Source: Acidobacteriota bacterium (GTDB lineage: Bacteria; Acidobacteriota; UBA890; WLXD01). Taken from it: a stretch of DNA of 64,000 nt. Below the pieces are notes generated by a model. It was given only the letters and a program-made list of their open reading frames with translations, did no database searches and was not told the DNA's origin. Shown in pieces: positions 19,972 through 30,420 of this stretch; the first letter of the stretch is position 1; every line of letters begins with the position of its first letter. Location: the NCBI GenBank assembly GCA_965248695.1, contig CBDFKD010000002.1:4160001-4224000 (forward strand), in the 5' to 3' direction. The position numbers and the translations under genes were made by a program.

Positions 19972-21162
19972 ATGCGATTCGCGACACTCATGGTCGCCGC
20001 CGGCGCCGTCCTCCTGGGCGGCGTCGGTGAGGCGACGGCACAGGGGTTCGATCTCAGCGGCTTTGCGGCCTTCGAGCCGCGACTGTTCGTGCAGTCGCCG
20101 CAGACCGAGCTCCAGTTCTCGGGCCTGCAGCTGTCGGGGCTGCTGGTCCCGGAGATTGGCTACCGGACCTCCGATCGTCAGCACCAGTTCAAGCTGTCGC
20201 CGTTCGTTCGTGTCGACTCACGCGACGACGAGCGCACGCACTTCGACCTGCGGGAGGCCTACTGGCGCACCGTCCAGGGTGACTGGGAGGTCCTGACGGG
20301 CTTCAACACATTCTTCTGGGGCGTTACCGAGTCGCGCCACCTGGTCGACGTGATCAACCAGACGGACGCGCTCGAGGACATCGACGACGAGGACAAGCTC
20401 GGCCAGGCGATGGTGAACGTCGGCTGGCAGCGCGACTGGGGTCGTCTCGACGCATTCCTGCTGCTGGGGTTCCGCGAGCGGAGGTTCGCAGCTCCGGAAG
20501 GTCGTCCCGGTCTACCGCTGCCGATCCGTCGGCGGGGGCGCTTTCCGGATGGCCGGCGCGATGTCGATCTGGCGTTGCGCTATTCACACTACCTGGGCGA
20601 CTGGGATGTCGGGGTGCATCTGTTCCGCGGCACGAGCCGCGAGCCAGCCTTCGTTGTCGGCGACGACGGAGCCTCGTTGGTGCCGACGTATCGCAACATC
20701 AACCAGGCAGGGTTGGATCTGCAGTACACCCGGGGCGCATGGCTATGGAAGCTGGAAGGCATTGTTCGCGAGGGCGAGGGGAGGACGTTCGGCGCAGCCG
20801 TAGCCGGTTTCGAGTACACGCTGTATCAACTCGGCGGAGGTGCTGCCGACCTCGGCCTGTTGGCGGAGTTTCTGGTCGACGGCCGCGATGCCAGCGCTCC
20901 TGTCACGCCCTTCGATCACGATCTGTTCGTCGGCGGACGCCTGGCCCTGAACGACGTGCAGGACGCCCAGGTACTCGCCGGCGCGGTGATCGATGTTCAG
21001 GATGGCTCCACCGCGGTGCGTGTCGAGGCGGAGCGGCGTATCTCCGATCATCTGGATCTGGAGCTCGAGGGCCGGTTTTTCATTGGCGTTGACCCATTCA
21101 ACAGCCTGCGGCCATTCCACCGCGACAGCTTCTTGAACCTGAGGCTGTACTGGTTCTTCTGA
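19972..21162 (+). CDS. Outer-membrane beta-barrel protein associated with the MMPL/LolA-like gene
   Basis: Signal peptide, alternating beta-strand pattern, FWGVTESRHLVDVINQTD, aromatic C-terminus LYWFF. Confidence 0.8.
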   Translation: MRFATLMVAAGAVLLGGVGEATAQGFDLSGFAAFEPRLFVQSPQTELQFSGLQLSGLLVPEIGYRTSDRQHQFKLSPFVRVDSRDDERTHFDLREAYWRTVQGDWEVLTGFNTFFWGVTESRHLVDVINQTDALEDIDDEDKLGQAMVNVGWQRDWGRLDAFLLLGFRERRFAAPEGRPGLPLPIRRRGRFPDGRRDVDLALRYSHYLGDWDVGVHLFRGTSREPAFVVGDDGASLVPTYRNINQAGLDLQYTRGAWLWKLEGIVREGEGRTFGAAVAGFEYTLYQLGGGAADLGLLAEFLVDGRDASAPVTPFDHDLFVGGRLALNDVQDAQVLAGAVIDVQDGSTAVRVEAERRISDHLDLELEGRFFIGVDPFNSLRPFHRDSFLNLRLYWFF

Positions 21163-21235
21163 GCCACTGGCTCGCTCCATCGCGCGCGCTACGCGAAGGT
21201 TGACGGGCAGCTAGCGTGCCGCACGCGGCCCGTAG

Positions 21236-23851
21236 CTACCGGCCGGGACCCAGCAGCACGGCGTTGATGAACAGCAACTGGGTGGCCTCGGCGTAGGCGC
21301 GGTAGTTGGGGTCCTCGGCGAAGGCGATGATCTGCCCGCGTCCGACCGGTTGATGGATGAGGAACGCCTTGCTGGCGAGCTGCGGACGGGCCTCCTCCCA
21401 CACCATGCCGCTGAGCACGAGATCGTCGATCTCGGCGTAGCGACCAACGTTCGTTCCGTCGTCCAGCTTCACGGGGCGGAACACCCGCGTACCCTCGACG
21501 ACGACGCCGATCTCTCCGTCGGTGCCGGCGGTGAGCCAGTGGTCGGTGTCGAGGATCACCTTCAGAATCGCTCCCGGGACGGACTCGGGCGATTCGTCTT
21601 CCGGCACGATCTCGTCGAGATAGTCGATCGGCTGGTCGGGCGTGTCGTCGTCGGATGGGTCGTCGCCCTCGGCGTGGCCACCGCGGCGCTCCGCGACAGA
21701 GGCCAGCAGCTCGGCGCTCGTTGCCCAGCGGCTGGATTCTGCCAGCGTGATGAGGGTTCCTCCCTGACGCATCCAGCGGCGCAGCGCGTCAAGCAGCCCC
21801 GAGCCCACCGAGCTTCCGTAGTCGCCGCTCGGAAAGACGACCACATCGAAATCGTCGAGCAGAACGCGTCCGAGGCTCGAGGCCCGCACTGCCGTCGTGC
21901 GTACCCCGTAGCGGCGCTCGAGGATGTAGCGAGCCCAACCGGCCGAGAGCGTGCTGGCTGGACGGTCGTAGACTAGCAGCACACGCGGATCCCGCAGCGC
22001 CGAGACGCGACGGCTGCCAAGGGACATGCCTTCGCGCACGTAGGAATCGTCGATCGCAACGACCTCTGCATGGTGATCGGCCGCGATCCGGCCCAGGCGT
22101 TGTCTGAGGTCCGGTCCGTTCTCGGTCGTTCGGACAATGGCCGTTCCGACCGGGTAGTCGCGATCACCGAGGGTGAACGTGCCGCCGGCCGAGCGTATGC
22201 GGATGCCTTCGCGCAGCGCTTCGACCACCGTTGACGCCGCGTTCGTGCCCCAGGGGATCAGGTACCCGACCTGGGCCGGCGGTAGCGTCGGATCGGTTGC
22301 CGTTGCGACTGGCTCCCGGGGGACCACCGCCCCCGCCGCGCCGGTCGCCGCATCCGCCTCCAGCACCTCCACATCCCACAGCAGCGATTGGCTCCACGCC
22401 GTCAGGTCGTAGATCTCGTCGCGCTGGCGCCGGGCACGACGCTCCAGCTGCCGGGCGATGAAGTCCTCGTCCATCGGCACGTGAGCATCCAGCAGATTGT
22501 GCGCGAAGCGATGCGTCGGCTGCGCCATCGGCACGATGTAGGTACCCGTCGCCGGCAACGTGCGGTCGCCAACCGTGACTTCCCCGGCCGCCTCGCGCAC
22601 CTCGATTCCGTTGCTTGCAAGCATATGCCCGAGGCGCGCTGCCATGCCGGGGTCGTGCGCCGAGTGCAGCACCAGCTCCGCCGGACCCTGCTGGCCGAGC
22701 TCGATGCCCTCGCGGCGGAACTCCAGGTAGTCGCGCAGGATCTGTTCGCGGTTCGTCGCCGCGGTCGCGGCGCTGGCGATCGCTGCGGTGAAGTGGTGCA
22801 GCACGCCGTCGCCGTAGGTCAGTAGGTCGCCGTCGGAGCGCTTCAGCACCAGCGACCGCGCCGACGCTTGCTCGTACGTCATGCCGAGCGCGCCATGGTT
22901 CATCGGCCACATGTCGACATAGCCGGGATAGAACAGGTCGTACACGTCGCGGTTGAAGTAAGCGAAGCCGCGGCGATCGAAAGCGGTCGCGTTGGCGCGG
23001 CCGAAGACGTCCATCAGGGCGATCTGACGCTCGCCGTACCAGGGGTTGGACGGCGGCGCGGTGGGCGGGAAGAAGTAGGTAGCATCGCCGCCCATCTCGT
23101 GCAGGTCGACGACGATCTGCGGCCAGAAGTCGAGGAACACGCCCACCTTGCCGCGGGTCTCGGGCTGGCTCTGGATGAACAGGTCGCGGTTGAGATCGAA
23201 CAGATAGTGGTTGCCCCGACCGCCCGGCCACGGCTCGTCGTGTTCGGCAGAATACGCCGCCGGGTCTGGCCAGCGTGCCCCTCCCATCTCGTTCTGATGT
23301 ACGAAGCGCGCCCGGCCGTCCGGGTTCTCCGCCGGGTCGATCAGCACCAGCGACTCCGACAGGATCAGGTCGACGGTGGCATCACCCTGTGCCGCCAGCA
23401 GATGGTAGGCCTCGGCCATGGCGGCGCCGTTGGAGCTGATCTCGTTGCCGTGCACGCCGTGCATCAGCGCGGTCACCACCGGCAGCCGGGCAATGAGCTC
23501 GGTGGCCTCAGCCTCCGAAAGATCACCTGGGTAGGCGAGTCGCCGCAAGTCGGCCTTGATCTCGTCGAGCCGCGCGATGCGCTCCGGCGAGCCAATGATC
23601 ATGACGACGAGGGGCCGCCCCTCCCAGCTTTCGGCGTACTGAATCAGCCGGGTACGTTCCGGCGCCACCGCCGCGAGCGTCTCCAAATAGAGCATGATGT
23701 CGTCGGGAGACGTGATCTCTTCGCGGAACTCGTGACCGACGACGTTCTCGAGCGTCGGGATAGCGGGGTCGTAGCGCGTGCCCGGTGCAAGCTCTTCCTG
23801 GGCCGGGACGATGATCTGGAGGGCCGCGATGAGAGCAACGGATCTGAGCAT
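21236..23851 (-). CDS. Secreted M14 zinc carboxypeptidase family protein
   Basis: SWEGRPL, GVHGNE, NPDGRAR, DLNRD, DLHEMG, and a C-terminal glutamine-amidotransferase-like domain. Confidence 0.9.
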   Translation of the reverse strand: MLRSVALIAALQIIVPAQEELAPGTRYDPAIPTLENVVGHEFREEITSPDDIMLYLETLAAVAPERTRLIQYAESWEGRPLVVMIIGSPERIARLDEIKADLRRLAYPGDLSEAEATELIARLPVVTALMHGVHGNEISSNGAAMAEAYHLLAAQGDATVDLILSESLVLIDPAENPDGRARFVHQNEMGGARWPDPAAYSAEHDEPWPGGRGNHYLFDLNRDLFIQSQPETRGKVGVFLDFWPQIVVDLHEMGGDATYFFPPTAPPSNPWYGERQIALMDVFGRANATAFDRRGFAYFNRDVYDLFYPGYVDMWPMNHGALGMTYEQASARSLVLKRSDGDLLTYGDGVLHHFTAAIASAATAATNREQILRDYLEFRREGIELGQQGPAELVLHSAHDPGMAARLGHMLASNGIEVREAAGEVTVGDRTLPATGTYIVPMAQPTHRFAHNLLDAHVPMDEDFIARQLERRARRQRDEIYDLTAWSQSLLWDVEVLEADAATGAAGAVVPREPVATATDPTLPPAQVGYLIPWGTNAASTVVEALREGIRIRSAGGTFTLGDRDYPVGTAIVRTTENGPDLRQRLGRIAADHHAEVVAIDDSYVREGMSLGSRRVSALRDPRVLLVYDRPASTLSAGWARYILERRYGVRTTAVRASSLGRVLLDDFDVVVFPSGDYGSSVGSGLLDALRRWMRQGGTLITLAESSRWATSAELLASVAERRGGHAEGDDPSDDDTPDQPIDYLDEIVPEDESPESVPGAILKVILDTDHWLTAGTDGEIGVVVEGTRVFRPVKLDDGTNVGRYAEIDDLVLSGMVWEEARPQLASKAFLIHQPVGRGQIIAFAEDPNYRAYAEATQLLFINAVLLGPGR

Positions 23852-23999
23852 GAGGGGCTTCACCTGATTCGCGTAGACGGGATGGCGGCGGCGGTGAGCT
23901 CGCCGGTGTCGGAGACTAGCGCACTGTGTGTCGTGCCGCACCAACTCTGCGAACAGACGACGATCGGCGAGGGTCCCGGCTCCTGCGGCCTGCGAACGG

Positions 24000-24470
24000 C
24001 TAGTTTTCTCTTGCCCGCTCGCTCACCCAGGTTTCGAATAGTTGGATCGTCTCGACGCTGAGCGGCTCGCCGATCAGCGGCATGCGTGAGCCGATAATGC
24101 CGATTCCACGGATCTTGCGGATGAGATAACTGTCGGCCGGGCTCTTCGGCTCGATGCGAAATAGATCCGGGCGTTCGAGGCTGGTCACGTGCACGATCTG
24201 ATCAAAGGCGCGGCCAGCACTGAGGTCCAGGTCCTGAACCGGGACCGCACCGGCGTGACATCCGGAGAGCGCACACCTGGAGGTAAGCACCGGCTGCAGG
24301 TCGCTGCTGAAGCTGACCGTCGAAGGCCCGACGTCGGGACGCACTCGCAGGGCCGCGACCAGGTCGACGACCTGTCCATCGATCCCGACCAGACGGAGGG
24401 AGATCTCATTTCCTGCAGGCGGCGCCGACGGGACGATGCGCCTCGTCCACGTTGACGACGCGGCGTGAGC
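24000..24470 (-). pseudogene. Probable 5'-truncated gene with a C-terminal cytochrome c-like domain (CALSGCH)
   Basis: VSFSSDLQPVL.SRCALSGCH...DSYLIRKI.G....RMP...WVSERA. The frame is open to about 24470 but has no signal peptide or convincing start. It could be a short CDS from 24344. Confidence 0.55.
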
Positions 24471-24549
24471 TCAACCCTCGCGACGTAGCCTCGTCACCGG
24501 ATCGGTCTGCTGTTCGTTACGGCCGATTCAGCGCTCAGATGTCGTGGCG

Positions 24550-24966
24550 CTAGCGACGATCATCGGTGGGATCGCGGAGCGTGAGTTGCGAGAAATACGA
24601 ACCGTAGAACCCACGATCGCGGGTCAGCAGGCAGTCGGCCGTCGTGGCGGCGTGCGCGCCGATCAGGAAGTCGGCGATCATCCGCTTGCGGCTGCCGCCG
24701 CGTCGCCGGTAATCGCGCCAGAGTCTGCCGGCCTCGAGGGCCGCAGCCTCGTCGAGGGGAACGAAGCGCACCCCGAGTCGTCGCATCGCGTCGGCGGCTG
24801 CCTGTGGGGCGGGGAATGTCGCGCCCAGCTCGGCCCAGACCACGTCGCATGCGATCAAACCGCCGGCAAGCATCGCCTCTCGAAGCGCGCGGCGCGATGC
24901 GCTGAGGAATCGCTCATCGGCAGTGAACACGTCAAGCAGAACGTTGGTGTCGACAGCGGTGATCAC
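24550..24966 (-). CDS. vapC: VapC PIN-domain toxin
   Basis: AVDTNVLLD, VWAEL, IADFLIGAHA, LLTRDRGFY. Confidence 0.92.
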   Translation of the reverse strand: MITAVDTNVLLDVFTADERFLSASRRALREAMLAGGLIACDVVWAELGATFPAPQAAADAMRRLGVRFVPLDEAAALEAGRLWRDYRRRGGSRKRMIADFLIGAHAATTADCLLTRDRGFYGSYFSQLTLRDPTDDRR

Positions 24967-25193
24967 GTGATGTCCAAGTCGCCTCTTAGCTGGTCCATCA
25001 GCATGTCGGTGGAGAGGTCGAGCCGCAGGATTCCGGTCACGCTTTCGAGCGGATCTTCCTGTAGGTCCTTGACGGCCACGATGCGGCCGTTCTCTTCATG
25101 CACCTCCAGCACCTGCCCGGGGCGGATGCCGAGCCGTTCACGGACTCGCTTGGGAATGGTGATTTGACCGCGCTCGGTTACACGTGTCTTCAT
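24963..25193 (-). CDS. AbrB/MazE/SpoVT-type antitoxin
   Basis: RVTERGQITIPKRVRERLGIRPG. Overlaps the toxin start by 4 bp. Confidence 0.9.
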   Translation of the reverse strand: MKTRVTERGQITIPKRVRERLGIRPGQVLEVHEENGRIVAVKDLQEDPLESVTGILRLDLSTDMLMDQLRGDLDIT

Positions 25194-25294
25194 ACCAAGA
25201 AGATACGAATTCGTGGAACAAAAATCAAATCTGTAGATCGCTCACCCGACGCTTGCCAGCCACGACCAGCGCGGGGGGACGGTGACGCTATGGA

Positions 25295-27973
25295 TCAGCC
25301 CTCTTCGCGTAGCGTTGTCGCCGGGTCGATGGACGCTGCCCGGCGTGCCGGCACCCAGGCTGCGAGCAGGGCCGAGGCAGCCAGTGAGACGACCACCGTG
25401 AGCATCGTGAGCGCATCGGTCGGTGCGATCCCGACGAGGAAGTCGCGTAGCAGCGGGCCCAGTAACGCTGACACCAGCAGTCCCGCGGCGCTGCCGGCGA
25501 CGACGATGCCGAGGCTGAACTTCATCATCAACGATCTGACGTCGGCTGGCCGCCCACCCAGCGCCATGCGGATGCCGAGCTCGCGGCGTCGCTGGCCGAG
25601 GGTATAGGAGACGATGCCGTAGACGCCCGCTACCGCCAGCACGAAGCCGAGCGCTCCGAGGGCGCCGGCTACGCTGCTGGCAAGCCGTTGCGGCAGCAGG
25701 AAGAACTCGATCACCTGCGCTAATGGCTGCAGTGTCGGGACGCTCAGTGTGGCGTCGGCGCGCTCCAAGTGCTCCGCAACCAGACGCTGGAGCGCCGCCG
25801 GCTCGCCGTCGCTCCGGATCACCAGGCTCATGCGTCCGCTGGGACGCTGGGCGAACGGTAGATACAGCAGCGCGTCGATGCCGTCATTTTGGATCACGTG
25901 ACGGGTGTCGCTGACGACACCGATAACCTCGATCTCCTCGCCGGCGATTGCGAGGCGCTGGCCGACTGCGCCACGCGGCCAGAACTGCGACGCCATGCGT
26001 GCGTTCACCACGGCAACGGGCGCGCCGTTGGCGTCGTCGATGGTGCGCAGCGCGGTGCCCTGTTCAACCGCGATGCCGACCGCGTCGAAGTAGCTCGGGC
26101 TGACGATGTGCGCGTCCACGAAGAAGGCGTCCTGGCCCTGCGGGGGCTCGCGCCCGGGAATATTGATTGCCACCGGGCTGCGTGCCACGCCGAGGGGGGT
26201 GTTGGCGGTAAGCCCGGCGCCGGCGACATCGGGCTCGGCGGTGAGGCCGGCGGCCAGGTCGCGGAAAAACACGTGCGCTTCCGTGTCGCTGTAGCTCTCC
26301 GGCGGCAGCCCAACCGTTGCCATGCTCAGTCCGACGGTGGGGAACCCGGGATCGAGCTCCTGGCCCCGCTGGAAGGCGCGCAGAAACAGCCCGGCGGTGA
26401 TGAGCAGGACCACCGATACCGCGACCTGGCCTACCACGAACATCTGTCGGAGCCTGGCGGTGTTCGAGGCGCCGCTGCGCGAGGTACGCATGACGGTGCC
26501 TTGCTCGCCACGAATCGCTTTGATTGCCGGGCTCAGGCCGGTGGCGAGCGCGGTGATCAGAGCCACTGCCGCGGTGATGCCGAGGACCCGGCCGTCGAGC
26601 GCCATGCTGAAGCCGAGAGGTATGGGCAGCGATTCGATGAAGGCCCCCAGAAGGCCGCTCACCTGCAACGCCACCAGCACCGCCGCTCCGGCGCCGAGCG
26701 CGAACAGCAACAGGGTCTCCGTGAGGATTTGCCGCACGACGCGTGTCGGAGTGGCGCCCAGCGCCATGCGCGTGGCGATCTCTGCGCGCCGACTGTGCCC
26801 GCGGGCCAGCAACAGGTTGCCGACGTTCAGGCACGCCGCCAGCAGCACCAGCGCCGACAGCGTCAGCAGGATCCCGAGGAAACCGATGACCGGGGCAACC
26901 AGGCTCTGGTCGAGGCCACTCAACGGAGACAGCGTGACGCGGCGGCTCCGGTTCATGTCGGGATGCTCGCGCTCCAGCTGTGCCGCAATGGCGTTGAGCT
27001 CATCGCTGGCCGCCGCGATCGTATCCCCGGCGCCGAGCCGTCCGAACATCTCGAGGGCCTGTTCGCCACGCGAGCGCAGCTCGGTGCCCGGTCGCAGTCG
27101 ATCCATTGCTGCCAGCGGTAACCACACTTCCGACGGGAACCCGATGAAGCGTCCGGTGAACCCCGCCGGCAGTATCCCGACGACGGTGAAATCGACGCCG
27201 TCGAGCTGGATGTCGTTGCCGATGAGGTCGTCGGCGCCGGCGAAGCGCCGCTGCCAGAAGCCGTGGCTGACCACCGCGACGTTGCCGCCGCGATCGGTTT
27301 CCGCCTCGCGTGCGGTGAACGTGCGACCGCGGGCCGGTGTCACACCCAGCACCTCGAAGTAGTCTGCCGAGCTCAGCTGGCCTCGGACACGCTCACCGTT
27401 GATCTTGTCGCCCAGACGCAGCCCGACGCCGCTGTGTGCTACCAGCCCTTCCAGCGATCCCTGCCGGGAGCGGTAGTCGTCGTACTCGGGAAACGAGAAA
27501 CCGAGGAAGCTGTTGGCGCCCGGCTGGTCTAGGTGCACGTCGACCAATCGCCCAGGCTCGCGAACCGGCAGAGGGCGCAGCAGGATCTCGTTCACCAGCG
27601 TGAATACGGCCGTGTTGGCGCCCATGCCGAGGCCGATCGCTCCGGTACACAGCAGCGTCAGAGTCGGAGCGCGCATCAGCCCGCGGGCACCGTAGCGTAT
27701 GTCCTGTAGCCAACCATCCATTGCAGGGTCCTCTTGACCGTGTCGATGCGACCGGCGAGTAGGGATTTTGCGTCGTACGGTATGTGCCCAGGCCGGCAGC
27801 AGTCCGACCAGCAAGTCGAAGATAGCGTGCAGCCAGAATCGCCACGCGGGCGCGGCGGCACCGGAGTCGTCCCACGCCGAGGCCAGTGCCTCGTCGATGG
27901 CGGCGCGGTGCCGAACACGGAAGCCCGGCGGCAGGAGGTGCAGCAGGGCTCGATACGTCCAGGGCTTGCTCAT
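25295..27973 (-). CDS. ADOP-type duplicated ABC permease with N-terminal extension
   Basis: YRALLHLLPPGFR...RFWL extension, then [32 protein letters not shown]. Confidence 0.92.
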   Translation of the reverse strand: MSKPWTYRALLHLLPPGFRVRHRAAIDEALASAWDDSGAAAPAWRFWLHAIFDLLVGLLPAWAHTVRRKIPTRRSHRHGQEDPAMDGWLQDIRYGARGLMRAPTLTLLCTGAIGLGMGANTAVFTLVNEILLRPLPVREPGRLVDVHLDQPGANSFLGFSFPEYDDYRSRQGSLEGLVAHSGVGLRLGDKINGERVRGQLSSADYFEVLGVTPARGRTFTAREAETDRGGNVAVVSHGFWQRRFAGADDLIGNDIQLDGVDFTVVGILPAGFTGRFIGFPSEVWLPLAAMDRLRPGTELRSRGEQALEMFGRLGAGDTIAAASDELNAIAAQLEREHPDMNRSRRVTLSPLSGLDQSLVAPVIGFLGILLTLSALVLLAACLNVGNLLLARGHSRRAEIATRMALGATPTRVVRQILTETLLLFALGAGAAVLVALQVSGLLGAFIESLPIPLGFSMALDGRVLGITAAVALITALATGLSPAIKAIRGEQGTVMRTSRSGASNTARLRQMFVVGQVAVSVVLLITAGLFLRAFQRGQELDPGFPTVGLSMATVGLPPESYSDTEAHVFFRDLAAGLTAEPDVAGAGLTANTPLGVARSPVAINIPGREPPQGQDAFFVDAHIVSPSYFDAVGIAVEQGTALRTIDDANGAPVAVVNARMASQFWPRGAVGQRLAIAGEEIEVIGVVSDTRHVIQNDGIDALLYLPFAQRPSGRMSLVIRSDGEPAALQRLVAEHLERADATLSVPTLQPLAQVIEFFLLPQRLASSVAGALGALGFVLAVAGVYGIVSYTLGQRRRELGIRMALGGRPADVRSLMMKFSLGIVVAGSAAGLLVSALLGPLLRDFLVGIAPTDALTMLTVVVSLAASALLAAWVPARRAASIDPATTLREEG

Positions 27974-28299
27974 GCGCCCCTGTGCCCGAGGTTGCGACGC
28001 GCCACTGCGGCGAGCTGGCCAAGCCGATCTGCCTCGGCAGCCAGCCGGTCGGCGCCGGTATCCGTGAGACGGTAGAAGCGTCGCCGTCGACTCTCGCCCT
28101 GCGGATGGCCGCTGCCGCTGAGCTCTTCGACCAGCTCGGCGTGGCGCAGCTCATCGAGGGTTCGATAGAGCGTCACCGGCCACAGGCGTACGGTGCCGTC
28201 GGTGAGCTCCAGTACCCGCCGCACGATGCCGCTGCCGTGTCGATCATCATCGGACAGCGCCAGCAGAATCTGGAAGCCGTGCGTGGTCAGCGTCGTCAC
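27970..28299 (-). CDS. PadR-family regulator, translationally coupled to the permease
   Basis: FQILLAL...HGSGI...LWPVTLYRTL..L...RRRFYRLT..G. ATGA overlap with the permease. Confidence 0.9.
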   Translation of the reverse strand: MTTLTTHGFQILLALSDDDRHGSGIVRRVLELTDGTVRLWPVTLYRTLDELRHAELVEELSGSGHPQGESRRRRFYRLTDTGADRLAAEADRLGQLAAVARRNLGHRGA

Positions 28300-28326
28300 T
28301 GCGTTTCCTCTCCGGTGGGTCTGGTA

Positions 28327-28355
28327 CTACACATATGTATCATACATACATGTAG
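28327..28355. promoter_or_regulatory. 29-bp palindrome, putative PadR operator
   Basis: CTACA-ca-TATGTAT-C-ATACATA-ca-TGTAG, centred on 28341. Confidence 0.65.
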
Positions 28356-28407
28356 CATATAGCGAGATCCGCCACCCGCGGTGGCGCCCCGTGGCACGAT
28401 TGCAGCC

Positions 28408-28875
28408 ATGGAGATCAGCCTCGACCAGTCACCCTACGCTCGGTTCCTCGGCGCCGAGCTGGTGCGCACCGAAGAGGGTCTGATCGAGATCCGCCTGCCT
28501 TTCCGAGACGACTTCCTGCGGATGGACGACTCGGATTGGTACCACGGCGGAATCATCAGCGCGCTGGCCGACATTGCCGGTGCCTTCGCGGTGTTGATGG
28601 CAGCCGGCGAGGGGAGCGGCGCCACCATCGATCTGCGCATCGACTACCTGAAACCGGCCCAGCGGGGCGACCTGGTGGCGATCGGGCGGGTGGTGAAGAT
28701 CGGTCGTCGGATCTGCCGTGCCGACATGGAGGTTCGCGACGCCAGCGGTGATCTGGTGGCCATCGGCCGGGGTGCGTTCATGGGGGCGGGAGCCATGGAA
28801 CGCGCGATCTTCCGTGCCAGGAACTCGAAGAGCTCGGGATCGAAGCCACCGGCGCGTCCGCCGCCGAAGTTGTAG
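28408..28875 (+). CDS. PaaI-family hotdog thioesterase, C-terminus running into an antisense gene fragment
   Basis: SPYARFLG, HGGIISALAD, TIDLRIDYLKPA, LVAIGRGAF. Confidence 0.88.
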   Translation: MEISLDQSPYARFLGAELVRTEEGLIEIRLPFRDDFLRMDDSDWYHGGIISALADIAGAFAVLMAAGEGSGATIDLRIDYLKPAQRGDLVAIGRVVKIGRRICRADMEVRDASGDLVAIGRGAFMGAGAMERAIFRARNSKSSGSKPPARPPPKL

Positions 28876-29336
28876 CTATAGGCACTGGAAAAGTTCGCCG
28901 GCCCGTGGTGAGTGTGGGTGGCGGCGATCACCACCTCATGCCGGCCGAGCTTCGCGACCGGCCCGCTGTCGGACTGAAGGATCTCGAGCACGCGATCGGT
29001 GAGCCCGCCAGCGACCATGTCGAGGTCGCAGGCGACCATGGCGACGCGGTGCCCCTGTGCGTCCTCCAGATAAACGGCTCGCGCCCAGAGCCGCGTCCAG
29101 AACCCGCGTGCGAACCGCGCCGAGGGCCCGAACCCGAGGGTCGAGTAGCCCGGCGGAGGTGTGATGTCCTCTTTGGCTGCGCCGGCCCGGAAAGTATCTG
29201 CTCCAGCGTTGGCGAGTACTGGAAAGGTGCTGGTGCGCATTGGCTCGCCGCGCGGATCGACGGGCTGGGCCAGGGTGCATCCCGAGAACAACAAGGCGGC
29301 TGTCAGCAGTGCCGAGACGCGCAGGCGTGTGTGCAT
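28790..29336 (-). pseudogene. N-terminal fragment of a neutral/alkaline ceramidase-family lipoprotein
   Basis: Lipobox-like LLFSGC, AGAAKEDITP, RLWARAVYL, VACDL, IAATHTHHGP. Recognisable similarity ends after about 180 aa. Confidence 0.75.
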
Positions 29337-29432
29337 CGTGTCTCCGGGCCAGTACAGGAGTGTCCGTGAGCGCTGCCGCGCCCCGTTTACTGGAAGCCGA
29401 TCCGAGTCGGTTTTCCGAAGTCGGCCGTGCAG

Positions 29433-30215
29433 CTAGCTCAGATTGTGCCGCAGCGTCTGCCACAGCGCTCGGACCCCGTCGCGCCAGGTGATCTTCTTGC
29501 CCTCCTCATAGGTGCGCCCGTGGTAGGAGATCGGCACCTCGTAGATGCGCAGGTTGGCGCGGGCGACGTCGGCAGTGATCTGAGGCTCGAAGCCGAAGCG
29601 ATCTTCGGTCAGGCGAAGGCTAGGCAGAGCCTCGGCCTTGAAGACCTTGTAGCAAGTCCACACATCGCCGAGATTCAGATTGGTGAGCATGTTGGACATG
29701 GTCGTCAGCACCCAGTTACCGACCGAATGCCAGTAGTACAGAACTCGGTGCGGGCCGCCGTGGAAACGCGACCCGAAAACCACATCAGCCAGCCCCTCGC
29801 GAATGGGTTGGAGAAGCCGGTCGTAGTCTCGCGGGTCGTACTCCAGATCGGCGTCCTGGATGAGGATGACGTCGCCGCGGACGACTCCGAAGCCGGTGCG
29901 AAGCGCGGCACCTTTGCCCTGGTTGTGCTCGTGGAACAGCACGCGGATGTTGCTGACATCGAAACCCCAGGCGCCCGGCTCTCCAGCCTGGCTGGAGATC
30001 TCGCCCTGGGCGCCGTCTCGAGAGCCTTCGTCGGACGTGGAGCCAGCTGCCGCGACGTCGGCCGCGAGCCTCTCCAGGAGCTCACGGGTGCCATCGGTCG
30101 ATCCGTCGTCGATGAGCACGATCTCCTTGGGAATCGGCGAGGCTTGCACTCGGCGCAGGATCTCCTCGATCGTGGCGCGCTCGTTGTAGACCGGGATGAC
30201 TACTGACAGCAGCAC
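29433..30215 (-). CDS. GT2 glycosyltransferase (polyprenyl-phosphate sugar synthase-like)
   Basis: LSVVIPVYNE, IDDGSTDGT, NQGKGAALR.G, IQDADLEYDP, FGSRF, YEEGKKITWRDG. Start is uncertain. Confidence 0.9.
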   Translation of the reverse strand: MLLSVVIPVYNERATIEEILRRVQASPIPKEIVLIDDGSTDGTRELLERLAADVAAAGSTSDEGSRDGAQGEISSQAGEPGAWGFDVSNIRVLFHEHNQGKGAALRTGFGVVRGDVILIQDADLEYDPRDYDRLLQPIREGLADVVFGSRFHGGPHRVLYYWHSVGNWVLTTMSNMLTNLNLGDVWTCYKVFKAEALPSLRLTEDRFGFEPQITADVARANLRIYEVPISYHGRTYEEGKKITWRDGVRALWQTLRHNLS

Positions 30216-30420
30216 GCTCTGATTGCCTTTCTCACGATGGGCACGATAGCCGTCCGTGCCGCGACCCATCCCACCCTCGGGTCGCCGGCTGCGGGCGGCC
30301 TCCGGCGGCGTCCGACCCTCGGGGCGATCGGATAAACTTGCGCTCTTCTGCGCCTCCGTAGATCGACCCATGCTGGCCGAGACGGTGGTTCAGCTGTTCC
30401 GCGACCGGGAGTAACTCGTC

